Assembly (NCBI GenBank): GCA_964577555.1 | Contig: CAZNZM010000002.1 | Location: 63,012-95,011 of the forward strand | Length of the DNA: 32,000 bases | Direction: 5' to 3' | From: an uncultured archaeon | GTDB taxonomy: Archaea > Iainarchaeota > Iainarchaeia > Iainarchaeales > Iainarchaeaceae | In this document: positions 16,899 to 25,719 of the stretch, piece by piece | Layout of the letters: every line of letters begins with the position of its first letter | How positions within the stretch are numbered: the first letter of the stretch is position 1 | Position numbers and translations under genes: made by a program | The notes under the pieces: model-generated | Databases searched by the model: none | Seen by the model: the letters and a program-made list of their open reading frames with translations, nothing else | Told to the model about the DNA's origin: nothing

Positions 16899-17525
16899 TT
16901 ATTTTGTTATTACTCTGGCATCGACTGCTATTATTTCGTTTTCGTTTCCTATGATTGGGTTTAGGTCTAGTTCTATTATTTCTGTTTCGTTTTCCATTAT
17001 TTTTCCGACTGATAGGATGGTTTCTTCGAGTTCTTTTATGTTAACCCCTTTTTTTCCTCTGGCTCCGCTTAGTATTGGGTATGTTTTGAGGGATTGTATC
17101 ATTTCTTTTGCTTGGTTTTTTGTTAGGGGGCATATTCCTATGCTTATGTCGTTGAGTATTTCAGCATATATTCCTCCGAGTCCTACTATTACTGTTGGTC
17201 CGAATTGTATATCTCTTTTTCCTCCGACTAGTATTTCTGTTCCTTTGAGCATTTGTTGTACTATGACACATTCGAAACCGTCTATTTTTTTCATTTTTTT
17301 GAATGTTTCTGTTGCTTCTTTTATGGAGTTTATGCCTATTTTTACTCCGCCTGCTTCGGTTTTATGGGTTATTTTTTTTGAAACTACTTTCATTGCAATT
17401 GGCATTCCTATGTTTTTGCATGCTTTTTTTATTTGGTTTTCGTTTTTTGCTTCTTGCATTTTGGCTGTTTTAATTCCGTATTTTTTGATTATTTCGAATG
17501 ATTTTGTAAGGTTGAGTGTTTCCAT
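16899..17525 (-). CDS. ATP-grasp protein, acetate--CoA ligase (ADP-forming) beta subunit-like
   Basis: KYGIKTAKMQEAKNENQIKKACKNIGMPIAMKVVSKKITHKTEAGGVKIGI...FGPTVIVGLGGIYAEILNDISIGICPLT...ELDLNPII. ATG at 17525; the 502-aa track ORF extends artificially upstream. Confidence 0.9.
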   Translation of the reverse strand: METLNLTKSFEIIKKYGIKTAKMQEAKNENQIKKACKNIGMPIAMKVVSKKITHKTEAGGVKIGINSIKEATETFKKMKKIDGFECVIVQQMLKGTEILVGGKRDIQFGPTVIVGLGGIYAEILNDISIGICPLTKNQAKEMIQSLKTYPILSGARGKKGVNIKELEETILSVGKIMENETEIIELDLNPIIGNENEIIAVDARVITK

Positions 17526-17585
17526 AAATAAATGGTAACCAAAATACCTATTTAAATATGTTGCAATTTTATTTTGTTGATTTTG

Positions 17586-18851
17586 ATGGTTAAAATAACT
17601 TTTAAAGGAGCTTCGCAAGAGGTTGGGCGGAGTGCTTTTTTGGTTGATGCTGGCGATAAAATTTTGTTGGATTATGGTGTGAAGCTTACTCCTGCCGGAA
17701 CTGAGTATCCTTTGCCGGTAGAAACAAATTTGAATGCTGCAATAATTTCTCATGCTCATCTTGATCATACTGGGAATTTGCCGCATTTGTTTCAGGAAAC
17801 TAATTGTCTTGTTTATATGACTCCTCCTACGCTTGATATTGCTAAGATTTTGTGGTTTGATACTTTGAAGATTGCGGGTTTGGAGGGGATGGATGCGAAG
17901 TTTGCTAAAGATGAGATTTCGAAAACTGAAAAATTTACTTTTCCTGTGATGTATGGTAAGTCCATGGATATTACGGAAAATACTTCTATGCGAATGTTTG
18001 ATGCGGGTCATATTGTAGGTTCTGCAATAACTGAGTTGAGGTTGAAGGAAAAAACGATTGTTTATACTGGGGATTTTAGGTATACTGAGACAAGGTTGCA
18101 TAATCCTGCACAATTTGAAAAAATAAAAGAGTGTGATTATTTGATAACTGAGTCGACTTATGGAGATAGGGATCATCCGGATAGAAAAGAGACTGAAAAG
18201 TTGTTTGTTGAGTCTGTTAGGGGTGTTATTGAACGTGGTGGGCATGTTCTTTTGCCGTCGTTTGCAGTTGGGCGAAGTCAGGAGATAATAGATGTGCTTT
18301 ATGAATATAAGATAGGTGCGCCGATATATTATGATGGTATGGGGCAAAGCGTGGCGAAAATATATTTGAATAATCCTGGTTATTTGAAAGATCCAAAGTT
18401 TTTGCAAAGGGCTCTTGAAAAAGTGAATTGGGTTAAAAATGTTAAAATGAGAAAGCGTGCTTTAAAGGAGCCTTCGATAATTGTTTGTACTAGTGGTATG
18501 ATGCAGGGTGGGAGTGTTTATGCTTATCTTCCGGAGGTTTATAATGATAAATCGTCAAAAATAATGCTTACTGGTTATCAGGTTGCAGATACTCCTGGGA
18601 AAATACTTTTGGAAACCGGTAAAATAAATTTGGAAGGTATAAATGTTACTGTTAAAGCTGGTGTGGAGCATTATGATTTTAGTGCGCATGCTGGGAAATC
18701 TGAATTGTTTAAGGCTATTAACAAGCTTAATCCTGAAAAAGTGGTTTGTGTGCATGGGGATGCGGAAGTTACTAAAAAGTTTGCCAAGAGCATAAAAGAG
18801 GGAGGTTTTACTCCTGTTGTTCCGGAGTTTGGAAAGGTAATTGAGTTATGA
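17586..18851 (+). CDS. Beta-CASP metallo-beta-lactamase ribonuclease (aCPSF2-like, no KH domains)
   Basis: ISHAHLDHTGNLP, DAGHIVGSA, VYTGDFRY, LITESTYGDRDHP, LLPSFAVGRSQEI, CTSGMMQGGSVYAYLP, HGD. Confidence 0.95.
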   Translation: MVKITFKGASQEVGRSAFLVDAGDKILLDYGVKLTPAGTEYPLPVETNLNAAIISHAHLDHTGNLPHLFQETNCLVYMTPPTLDIAKILWFDTLKIAGLEGMDAKFAKDEISKTEKFTFPVMYGKSMDITENTSMRMFDAGHIVGSAITELRLKEKTIVYTGDFRYTETRLHNPAQFEKIKECDYLITESTYGDRDHPDRKETEKLFVESVRGVIERGGHVLLPSFAVGRSQEIIDVLYEYKIGAPIYYDGMGQSVAKIYLNNPGYLKDPKFLQRALEKVNWVKNVKMRKRALKEPSIIVCTSGMMQGGSVYAYLPEVYNDKSSKIMLTGYQVADTPGKILLETGKINLEGINVTVKAGVEHYDFSAHAGKSELFKAINKLNPEKVVCVHGDAEVTKKFAKSIKEGGFTPVVPEFGKVIEL

Positions 18852-19612
18852 GTGGTTTTGTATCTTCTTTGAAATATTCTTTGGAAATATTTTCTTCAGA
18901 ACCAAAGCTGATAATTCCGAAGTTGGTGATTGTTGGGATTTTTACTATTATAATGGTTGCGACTACACATTATTATGTATTGGCAATTGAAACTAATGAT
19001 ATTGCTATTGTGTTGGTTCTTTTAATTCTTTTTTTGTTTACTTTGTTGGCTAATGTTTTGGATATATTGGTAAGTGCCATGTATCCTTATCTTGTTGATG
19101 ATTTCAAAAAGAATAAGAAAGTGAGTTTGATAGAGGCGTTGGAGAAATCCATGAAAATTTTCTTTAAAATAGTGGTTCCTGTTATGGCGATTGAATTGGC
19201 TTTTATTGTGGTGACTTCTATCTTTGCGATTGTTTTGATGTTTATATTGCCTGGTGAATTTTTTGATTTAGTTTCTGCCGCGTTTTATTTTTTGGTTGTA
19301 ATTGTGTTTGTGTTTGTTTTTTATAATATTTATTCGGTTATTGCTTTTGAGAAGCATTCTGTTGTTGATTCGATAAAACGAACTGTAAGTATTTCAATAA
19401 AAAATAAGTCTGTAATTTCAAAGGCGACGCTATTAACGACTTTTCTTTCTTTGATTTCTTTTGTATTGGCTTATTATTTGGAAGTTTCAAATATTAGTGG
19501 GGAAATAATGTTTTGGATTGCTTTTGTGATTATTAGGGTTATTACGGCTTATGTTTATTCCTACATATATATTCTTAATCCTGTAATTTATTTTCAGTTG
19601 TTTCGCAAGTGA
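18848..19612 (+). CDS. Multi-pass membrane protein
   Basis: 254 aa with about six hydrophobic segments; ATG overlaps the upstream stop and its stop overlaps the next GTG. Confidence 0.75.
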   Translation: MSGFVSSLKYSLEIFSSEPKLIIPKLVIVGIFTIIMVATTHYYVLAIETNDIAIVLVLLILFLFTLLANVLDILVSAMYPYLVDDFKKNKKVSLIEALEKSMKIFFKIVVPVMAIELAFIVVTSIFAIVLMFILPGEFFDLVSAAFYFLVVIVFVFVFYNIYSVIAFEKHSVVDSIKRTVSISIKNKSVISKATLLTTFLSLISFVLAYYLEVSNISGEIMFWIAFVIIRVITAYVYSYIYILNPVIYFQLFRK

Positions 19613-20325
19613 AAAAAATGAGAAGGTTTTGTGTAAAGTGCGGTATGCAAAAAAACAAACTTATAGGTAGTTTGTGTCCTGGTTGTTATTTGGAAAAAAA
19701 TTTGGTTATTGATTTGCCAGAAAAGATAATTGTTGAAGTGGATAGTCGTAATGGGAAATATAGGTTTGGTAGGCTTTGGCTTGAGCCTACTGACGAGAAT
19801 TTGTTTAGATATATTGAAAGTAAAATAAAGTCTCTTGCAAAAAGGCAATTGTTGCCAATAAATTCTTTGGATATAAAGTTTGAAAGGCAACAAAATAATA
19901 TTATTGCTTTAATTAGTTTTGAAACTTTGATTGAAGGTGTTAAAGTAAATGTGGAGAAGAGTTTGTTGATACAATTAATAAGGTCTATTTCTGATGCTTC
20001 AATGAAGCTTGCTTCTAATTATCATGAAGCCATATTGCAGGTGAGGTTTAAGCAAGAATTTATGGAAAGCCAAGCCAAAGAGAAGATGGAGGAAATAATT
20101 GGTCTTCTTCACAAGTACAAAAAAATAGATGTTTTATCTGATGTTGTTAATGTAAGGAATGTAAGAGGCGGATTTGACTTGTATGTTGCGTCGAAGAAAT
20201 ATGCTAGAAAAGTCAGTGACGAGTTGTCTAAAAAGTATCGTATAAAAGCTATTTATTCTAACAAACTTGTTGGTATGAAGGATGGCAGGGAAGTTTATAG
20301 GGATTATTTGTGTTTGAAATTCTAA
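19609..20325 (+). CDS. NMD3-like protein (ribosome assembly/export family)
   Basis: FCVKCGMQKNKLIGSLCPGCYLEKNLVIDLPEKIIVEV with downstream ARKVSDELSKKYRIKAIYSNKLVGMKDGREVYRDYLCLKF. Confidence 0.8.
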   Translation: MKKMRRFCVKCGMQKNKLIGSLCPGCYLEKNLVIDLPEKIIVEVDSRNGKYRFGRLWLEPTDENLFRYIESKIKSLAKRQLLPINSLDIKFERQQNNIIALISFETLIEGVKVNVEKSLLIQLIRSISDASMKLASNYHEAILQVRFKQEFMESQAKEKMEEIIGLLHKYKKIDVLSDVVNVRNVRGGFDLYVASKKYARKVSDELSKKYRIKAIYSNKLVGMKDGREVYRDYLCLKF

Positions 20326-20478
20326 AATTTTAAGTATTTTTTTTATTTTTGTGTTTTTTTAGAGTTAAGTATTTGGTTGTCTTGGATTGATGGCTGTTGA
20401 AAATTATTTAGTTATTTATTTGTTTTATTTTTTTTGTCAAAGTAAGTTTTATTAAGTTGATTTAATATTTTTATATAA

Positions 20479-20634
20479 ATGCTTAATGTAGATAAATTTG
20501 CCATTGCAATGCTTTTCATAGGTGCTGGTCTTGGCACTCTTGCTCCTAAGTTGACTTCTCCGCTTGATTTTATCAATCCTTATATTTCCTTTCTTTTTTT
20601 GATAATTGGTGTTGTTTTTCTTATATTGAAATAG
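20479..20634 (+). CDS. 51-aa membrane miniprotein
   Basis: ATG...TAG read manually: MLNVDKFAIAMLFIGAGLGTLAPKLTSPLDFINPYISFLFLIIGVVFLILK, with two hydrophobic helices. Confidence 0.5.
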   Translation: MLNVDKFAIAMLFIGAGLGTLAPKLTSPLDFINPYISFLFLIIGVVFLILK

Positions 20635-20882
20635 TTTTTTTATATAAAATTTATTTTTCTTTTTTTGTGTAAAGTTTTTTTGCCAGGTTGTTTTTTTTTG
20701 TTTTGTCTTTTGGATTAGTTATGAAACCTTTTTTTGTTTGTTTTGTTGAGCCAGTTTTTTTATTTTTCCGGACTTTTTTTAGATTTTTTTGTTTTTTTTA
20801 AATCATTTTTTGCCATTTCTGGCTGTCATTTTTTTGTTATTTTTTATTTGCTTGTTTTTTTGTGTTTGCTTGGCTTTTTTTC

Positions 20883-21965
20883 CTAAACATATTTCAATCC
20901 AAGCTCTGAGTCTGTTCTGGTTTTTGTTTCGCCGATTTTTTTTGATTTTCCTGTTATGAATGGCGAGTGAACTCCTGTGAATATTGCTATTACTTCTATT
21001 TTGTTGTTGTAGCTGTTGTCGACTCTTGCACCCCATATTACCGTTGCTCTTGGGTCTACTCTTTCTGTTAGGCGTTCTCCTATTTGGTTGGCTTCGCCTA
21101 GTGTAAGTTCTGGTCCGCCTGTGATGTGGATTAGTACTCCTGTTGCTCCTCCTATGTCAACATCTAAGAGTGTATTGTTTAGTGCGTCTTCTACTGCTTC
21201 TAGTACTTTGTTGTGTGATTGGCTTTCTCCTACGCCTATCATTGAGAGTCCGCCGCCTGTCATTACGGCTCTGATGTCTGCAAAGTCAAGGTTTATGAGT
21301 GATGGTTGTGTTATTGTTTCGGTGATTCCTCTTACTGTTCTTGCGATTACTTCGTCTGCTACTTTGAATGCGTCTTGTATTGGCAGGTTTGGTACTAATT
21401 GGACAAGTCTGTTGTTGTCAATTACAATGACTGTGTCGCAAACTTGAGCCAATTTTTGTATTCCTTCTTCTGCGTTTATCATTCTTGCTCTTTCAAGCGA
21501 GAAAGGATATGTTACCATTGCAACTACTATTGCTCCTTGTTCTTTTGCTATTTCTGCTACTATTGGTGCAGCTCCAGTGCCTGTTCCTCCTCCCATTCCT
21601 GCTGAGACAAATAGCATGTCTACTTTGTCAAGGAGTTTTACTAAGTCGCCTTTGCTTACTTCTGCTGCTTTTGCGCCTATTTCTGGATATCCTCCTGCGC
21701 CTAGTCCTCTTGTAACTGATTTTCCAATAAGTACTTTGGTTATGTCGTCGTTGATCATTGCTAGGTGTTGTTTGTCGGTGTTGATTGCAGCAAGTGTTGC
21801 TCCTTCTATATGCATTTTTGAAAGTCTGTTAACTGCATTACATCCGGCACCTCCGCATCCTATGACCATTATTTTTGGTATTCCGAATTCGTCAAAGTTT
21901 TCTTCAACTTTGGCTGTGTTGCTTTTTTGTCCCGTGTGCACTGCACTATCTACTAATGATTTCAA
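20883..21965 (-). CDS. ftsZ: Cell division protein FtsZ
   Basis: IMVIGCGGAGCNAVNRL, FVSAGMGGGTGTGAAPIVAEIAKEQG, NLDFADIRAVMTGGGLSMIGVGES; complete GTPase signature. Confidence 0.98.
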   Translation of the reverse strand: MKSLVDSAVHTGQKSNTAKVEENFDEFGIPKIMVIGCGGAGCNAVNRLSKMHIEGATLAAINTDKQHLAMINDDITKVLIGKSVTRGLGAGGYPEIGAKAAEVSKGDLVKLLDKVDMLFVSAGMGGGTGTGAAPIVAEIAKEQGAIVVAMVTYPFSLERARMINAEEGIQKLAQVCDTVIVIDNNRLVQLVPNLPIQDAFKVADEVIARTVRGITETITQPSLINLDFADIRAVMTGGGLSMIGVGESQSHNKVLEAVEDALNNTLLDVDIGGATGVLIHITGGPELTLGEANQIGERLTERVDPRATVIWGARVDNSYNNKIEVIAIFTGVHSPFITGKSKKIGETKTRTDSELGLKYV

Positions 21966-22183
21966 GTTTTCACCCCTCCAATTTTTATTGTTTGTTTTTG
22001 TTATGTGTGGTTATAATAATTATTAGATTTAATATTTATTAAATGTTATTAAATAAATCGAAAATAAGAAAAACAGGTTTTTTTCTATTATTCGTTGTTT
22101 TTTTTGCGGGGTGTTTTTTTGTCTTTTTTTTGTGATTTTGTTTTTTTTTGTCATTTTTTTCTTTTTTTTTGTTTTTAATAGTT

Positions 22184-22258
22184 CGGACCGGGTGAGATTT
22201 GAACTCACGACCCCTTCATTAGGAGTGAAGTGCTCTATCCAGCCTGAGCTACCGGCCC
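22184..22258 (-). tRNA. tRNA-Arg (anticodon CCT)
   Basis: Minus strand GGGCCGGTAGCTCAGGCTGGATAGAGCACTTCACTCCTAATGAAGGGGTCGTGAGTTCAAATCTCACCCGGTCC(G). All arms pair; anticodon loop CTCCTAA. Confidence 0.95.
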
Positions 22259-22316
22259 TTCATTAGTAAACTTGGTTTAGTAATCATTTAAAAACTTGCT
22301 AACTTGTTTGTTTTTT

Positions 22317-22880
22317 TTATGTGAGAATTGCTATTGTTATTCCTGTTGCAATAGGTATTGTAAAATTGTCGTCTAATAGTAAGTATTCTGCCAGCATTCC
22401 AATGGTTGAAGCAGCAAGAGCTGTTTGTATTGATGGCATTATTGTTGCAAGCATTATTGTTGAGATTGCTATTCCTGCTATTGTTCCTTCTATTGTTTTT
22501 CCAAATATTTTTGTTTTTCCGATTTTTTTTCCTGCAATTGTTGAAATGCTGTCGCCGAATGAAAGCACTATTATTGCTCCAATTAGTGTTGTTTTTGGTT
22601 CAAAGTAGAATATTGTTGAGCATATTATTATTGAAAGAGTAAAATTCAGTGCCGCTATTCCGAAATTTTTTTTTTCGTGTTCTCGTTCTGTTTCTTTTAC
22701 TAATTCTTTGAGAAAAGGTATTGGGGTTATTTTTGAGTGGAATATTGAAATTAAAAACCCTGTTATGTAGATTAAAATCATTGTCAGTATTGCGGTTTTT
22801 TTTTCCAATATTATTATGATTGCAAGGAATATTATGCCAAGTAATAAGTGTATTATTTGTCTTTTGTATTCTTTTTCCAT
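22317..22880 (-). CDS. CDP-diglyceride synthase/diacylglycerol (dolichol) kinase-like membrane protein
   Basis: IIVLSFGDSISTIAGKKIGKTKIFGKTIEGTIAG, the typical D(G/S)..A...G...GK..KT.EG motif, with multiple TM helices. Confidence 0.8.
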   Translation of the reverse strand: MEKEYKRQIIHLLLGIIFLAIIIILEKKTAILTMILIYITGFLISIFHSKITPIPFLKELVKETEREHEKKNFGIAALNFTLSIIICSTIFYFEPKTTLIGAIIVLSFGDSISTIAGKKIGKTKIFGKTIEGTIAGIAISTIMLATIMPSIQTALAASTIGMLAEYLLLDDNFTIPIATGITIAILT

Positions 22881-22957
22881 TTTTTTCCTCTTTTTTTTAT
22901 TATGAAGATTTGCAGCGAATATGATTTCAAATTATTTTTGTTTTCATATGTTTTTTT

Positions 22958-23785
22958 TTATTTTGCACCTTTTTTTGCCACTTTTGCAATCATAATTTTT
23001 TTACAGTATTTTTTTAATTTTTTTATTTCGTTTTTTGGGTTGTTTGTTATTATAAAAATTGTTTCTCCAAGCATTGCCATGCTTGCTTTATCTATTTTAC
23101 TTATTGTTTTTTTTATTTTTGGGGTTGCAAGTCCTGTTTCTAATGTGAATTTTCTTGCCAATCTCATGAAATTTGCCGGGGTTTTTTCTTTTTCAATTTC
23201 TTTCATGCATTTTAGTCCTATTTTGTTTATTTTTTTTTTCCATTTTTTGCTTCTTATTATTGTTTTTGTTTTTATTGGGTTGAAGAATCCTAATACTACA
23301 TATTTTTCTTTTGGTTTTATTATCCATGCTTTTTTTGATGGGTATGGTTTTTTGCCTATTAGCAGTCCATAGAATTGTTCAGCTGTTACGTCTCCCAATC
23401 CTGTTCCGCATTCTATTTCTGCTTGGCTTGCTATTTTTGCCACTTCGCTTTTTTTTAGTTTTGTTTTTAGTGCTTTGTTTAGTGCTAGTGCCAAGCTTAA
23501 TGCTCCTGCGCCTGAAATTCCTAGTCCATAGCCTATTGGGAATTTTGTTTTGTGTTCTATTTTTACTTTTTTTTTGCATTTTGTTTTCTTTCTGAATAGT
23601 TCCAGAACTTTTTTTGATACTGGTAGGTTTGTTTTTTTGTCGTTTATTGTGAATGAGTCTTTTTTTGCTGTTGTGACTTTTGTTTTCATTCCTTCTGCAA
23701 TGTTTATGCTTGCGCCTGTTGATCCGTTTTTGAATATTGCGAAAAACCCTGTAATGCTTCCAGGGCTTTGTGCGGTTGCTTTCAT
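22958..23785 (-). CDS. Pantoate kinase (GHMP superfamily)
   Basis: MKATAQSPGSITGFFAIF...GASINIAEG, PIGYGLGISGAGALSLALALNKAL, GTGLGDVTAEQFYGLLI: archaeal PoK pattern. Confidence 0.87.
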   Translation of the reverse strand: MKATAQSPGSITGFFAIFKNGSTGASINIAEGMKTKVTTAKKDSFTINDKKTNLPVSKKVLELFRKKTKCKKKVKIEHKTKFPIGYGLGISGAGALSLALALNKALKTKLKKSEVAKIASQAEIECGTGLGDVTAEQFYGLLIGKKPYPSKKAWIIKPKEKYVVLGFFNPIKTKTIIRSKKWKKKINKIGLKCMKEIEKEKTPANFMRLARKFTLETGLATPKIKKTISKIDKASMAMLGETIFIITNNPKNEIKKLKKYCKKIMIAKVAKKGAK

Positions 23786-23909
23786 GTGAATAAATTTTAT
23801 TGGTGAAGATGTAATAAATAATTGCCTGTCTGTTATTTTTTTTTGGCAACAAAAAATATTTAAAAATTTTGATGGATATGTATGTAGGAAAGTTTAGGGG
23901 GTGGTTTTT

Positions 23910-24398
23910 ATGAGAGGCAGCATTTGGGATGAAATTAGAAGGATTCAACAAAGAATGGATTCAATGTTTGAGGAGTTTTTCAGGGAAGATCCGTTTTATT
24001 GGACTCAAAAGCCTTTGATTGAGGGTAGTTCAAAAGTCGATAAGGGTAAGGAGTTGGAGAAGAGTAGATTGTATACTCCTTTAACCGATATTTGGGATGC
24101 TGGCAAAGAAATAAAGGCGGAAATTGACATGCCTGGTCTTCAAAAGGAGGATATTAAAATTAGTGCCCATAAGGGGGTTTTAGAAGTCAAGGCTGAGAAG
24201 AAGCACGAGTCAAAAGAGGAAAAAAAAGGTATGTATAGGTTTGAACGTTCGTATCAAGGATTTTATAGGGCGTATCATTTGCCGCCTGAGGCTGATATTG
24301 AAAACATTTCTGCCAAATATGAAAATGGTGTTCTGAAAATAAGCATGCCGAAAAAATCCTTGCCAGATAGCAAGCCTAAATTGATTGAAGTAAAATGA
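23910..24398 (+). CDS. hsp20: Hsp20/alpha-crystallin small heat-shock protein
   Basis: PLTDIWDAGKEIKAEIDMPGLQKEDIKISAHKGVLEVKAEKK...RSYQGFYRAYHLPPEADIENISAKYENGVLKISMPK. Confidence 0.95.
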   Translation: MRGSIWDEIRRIQQRMDSMFEEFFREDPFYWTQKPLIEGSSKVDKGKELEKSRLYTPLTDIWDAGKEIKAEIDMPGLQKEDIKISAHKGVLEVKAEKKHESKEEKKGMYRFERSYQGFYRAYHLPPEADIENISAKYENGVLKISMPKKSLPDSKPKLIEVK

Positions 24399-24448
24399 GA
24401 ATAAATTTGTTGTAAATCATTTCTTGTAAATTTTTTATAGCCGGGCTT

Positions 24449-24904
24449 TTAGTTGCCCGGCTTCCATTTATTCATTAAAAGCGAATTGGCTACTACGCTT
24501 ACTGAACTGAAAGCCATTGCTGCGCCTGCTATTATTGGTGAAAGAAGAAATCCGGTGAAAGGATAAAGTATTCCCATTGCAATTGGTATTCCTATGCTAT
24601 TGTAAATAAAAGCCCAGAATAAGTTTTGCTTTACTTTTCTCAAAGAATACTTGCTCAACTTTATGGCTGAGATAATGCCTTTCAAATCGTTTTTTATAAG
24701 CACAACGGATGCACTTTCAATGGCTACGTCTGTGCCAGTGCCTATTGCAATGCCTACGTCTGCTTGTGACAGTGCCGGACCGTCGTTTATGCCATCTCCA
24801 ACAAAAACAACTTTTTTGCCAGATTGTTGCAAAGATTTTACAATTGCTGCTTTTTCACCAGGTAATACTTTTGCAAAGTATTTTTTTCTGCCGGTTGCTT
24901 GATT
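24449..24904 (-). pseudogene. C-terminal remnant of a heavy-metal (Cu) P1B-type ATPase
   Basis: Minus frame [70 protein letters not shown]... Hinge and last TMs present; in-frame TGA at 24905-24907; no DKTGT, CPC or A-domain found upstream. Confidence 0.8.
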
Positions 24905-25047
24905 TCATTGTTTTTGTTTTGTTCCAAGTCGTAAGAAATATTTTTTCGGTTTTCAAAATAGAACAGCGACATCATTCCTATCCACAGAACGCCTATAAAG
25001 GCTACGCCGAGCAACAAAGTAATGTTTTTGTTATTTTTGTTTTTCAT
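24838..25047 (-). CDS. Possible small single-TM protein overlapping the ATPase remnant in another frame
   Basis: [45 protein letters not shown]...; its C-terminal about 20 residues overlap the ATPase frame. Confidence 0.35.
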   Translation of the reverse strand: MKNKNNKNITLLLGVAFIGVLWIGMMSLFYFENRKNISYDLEQNKNNEIKQPAEKNTLQKYYLVKKQQL

Positions 25048-25126
25048 AATAACGCCTTGTAACCACTTGAATTATGGTTAAATAAAGTATCATTATTTGA
25101 AACAATATATATGGGTTGGTGAAACA

Positions 25127-25627
25127 ATGTTTTCGGGTTTTTTTAAGGACGATTCTGGCAGAAAAATAGTTTTGGGTTTGTTGATAATTTCTATTTTTAT
25201 TTTTCTTATAACAACTCTTATTTTTACTTTTAGTATATCTGGCAAAGGAGAAATGGTGCCTGAAATTTTCACTCCCGTAATACAATATCATGTAGAATTC
25301 ATGGTGTTAATGGGTTTATTTGGCGTGTTGTCCGGTTTTGTTGTTTATAAAATACTTGATTCAACAATTGAAAAGCAAAAAAAAGCTGCAAAAGCAAACC
25401 TAAATATTTTGTTGAAATTTCTTGCAGGGGATGACAAGGCAGTGGTGAAATTGCTTTTGGAGAAAGGGGGAATGACGACTCAAACAGAAATAGCTAAGTT
25501 GAATAATATGGGCAGGCTGAGGGCCCACAGAGTTGTAAGAAGGTTTGAGGAAAGAGGGATAGTTTATATTGAAAGGCACGGGAAAATCAATCTTGTAAGA
25601 TTGTCCGAGGACTTAAGGCAGGATTAA
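25127..25627 (+). CDS. Membrane-anchored winged-helix (MarR/EMAP-like) regulator
   Basis: Two N-terminal TMs (KIVLGLLIISIFIFLITTLIFTFSI; VEFMVLMGLFGVLSGFVVYKIL), then LLEKGGMTTQTEIAKLNNMGRLRAHRVVRRFEERGIVYIERHGKINLVRL. Track start 25097 also possible. Confidence 0.75.
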   Translation: MFSGFFKDDSGRKIVLGLLIISIFIFLITTLIFTFSISGKGEMVPEIFTPVIQYHVEFMVLMGLFGVLSGFVVYKILDSTIEKQKKAAKANLNILLKFLAGDDKAVVKLLLEKGGMTTQTEIAKLNNMGRLRAHRVVRRFEERGIVYIERHGKINLVRLSEDLRQD

Positions 25628-25719
25628 TTTTTTTTGAGCTATGGTTTTATCTTTGTCTAAAGTTTAATTAAACCAAATTCATTTATAGCATTTTATTAAT
25701 AATATATTGTGATTTTTCA

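Noticed and set aside
16951-17538. 195-aa plus-strand ORF opposite the acdB-like gene
   Set aside because: Ser/Pro/Phe-rich shadow of a strong ATP-grasp protein on the minus strand.
17526-18407. N-terminal extension of the 502-aa minus ORF
   Set aside because: Runs antisense through the beta-CASP nuclease; homology only begins at METLNLTKSF... (17525).
19594-19893. 99-aa minus ORF
   Set aside because: Antisense to the start of the NMD3-like gene, which has clear Cys motifs and coupled start/stop.
20803-21036. 77-aa minus ORF overlapping the ftsZ 3' end
   Set aside because: Mostly the alternate frame of ftsZ plus the A-rich spacer; no independent support.
21016-22026. Several plus-strand ORFs (21016-21447, 21399-21605, 21485-21715, 21577-22026)
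   Set aside because: Leu/Ser/Val-rich antisense ORFs against unmistakable FtsZ.
23379-23951. 190-aa minus ORF, first considered as a separate basic protein
   Set aside because: Frame-shifted shadow of pantoate kinase (same strand, other frame), caused by AAA-rich codons.
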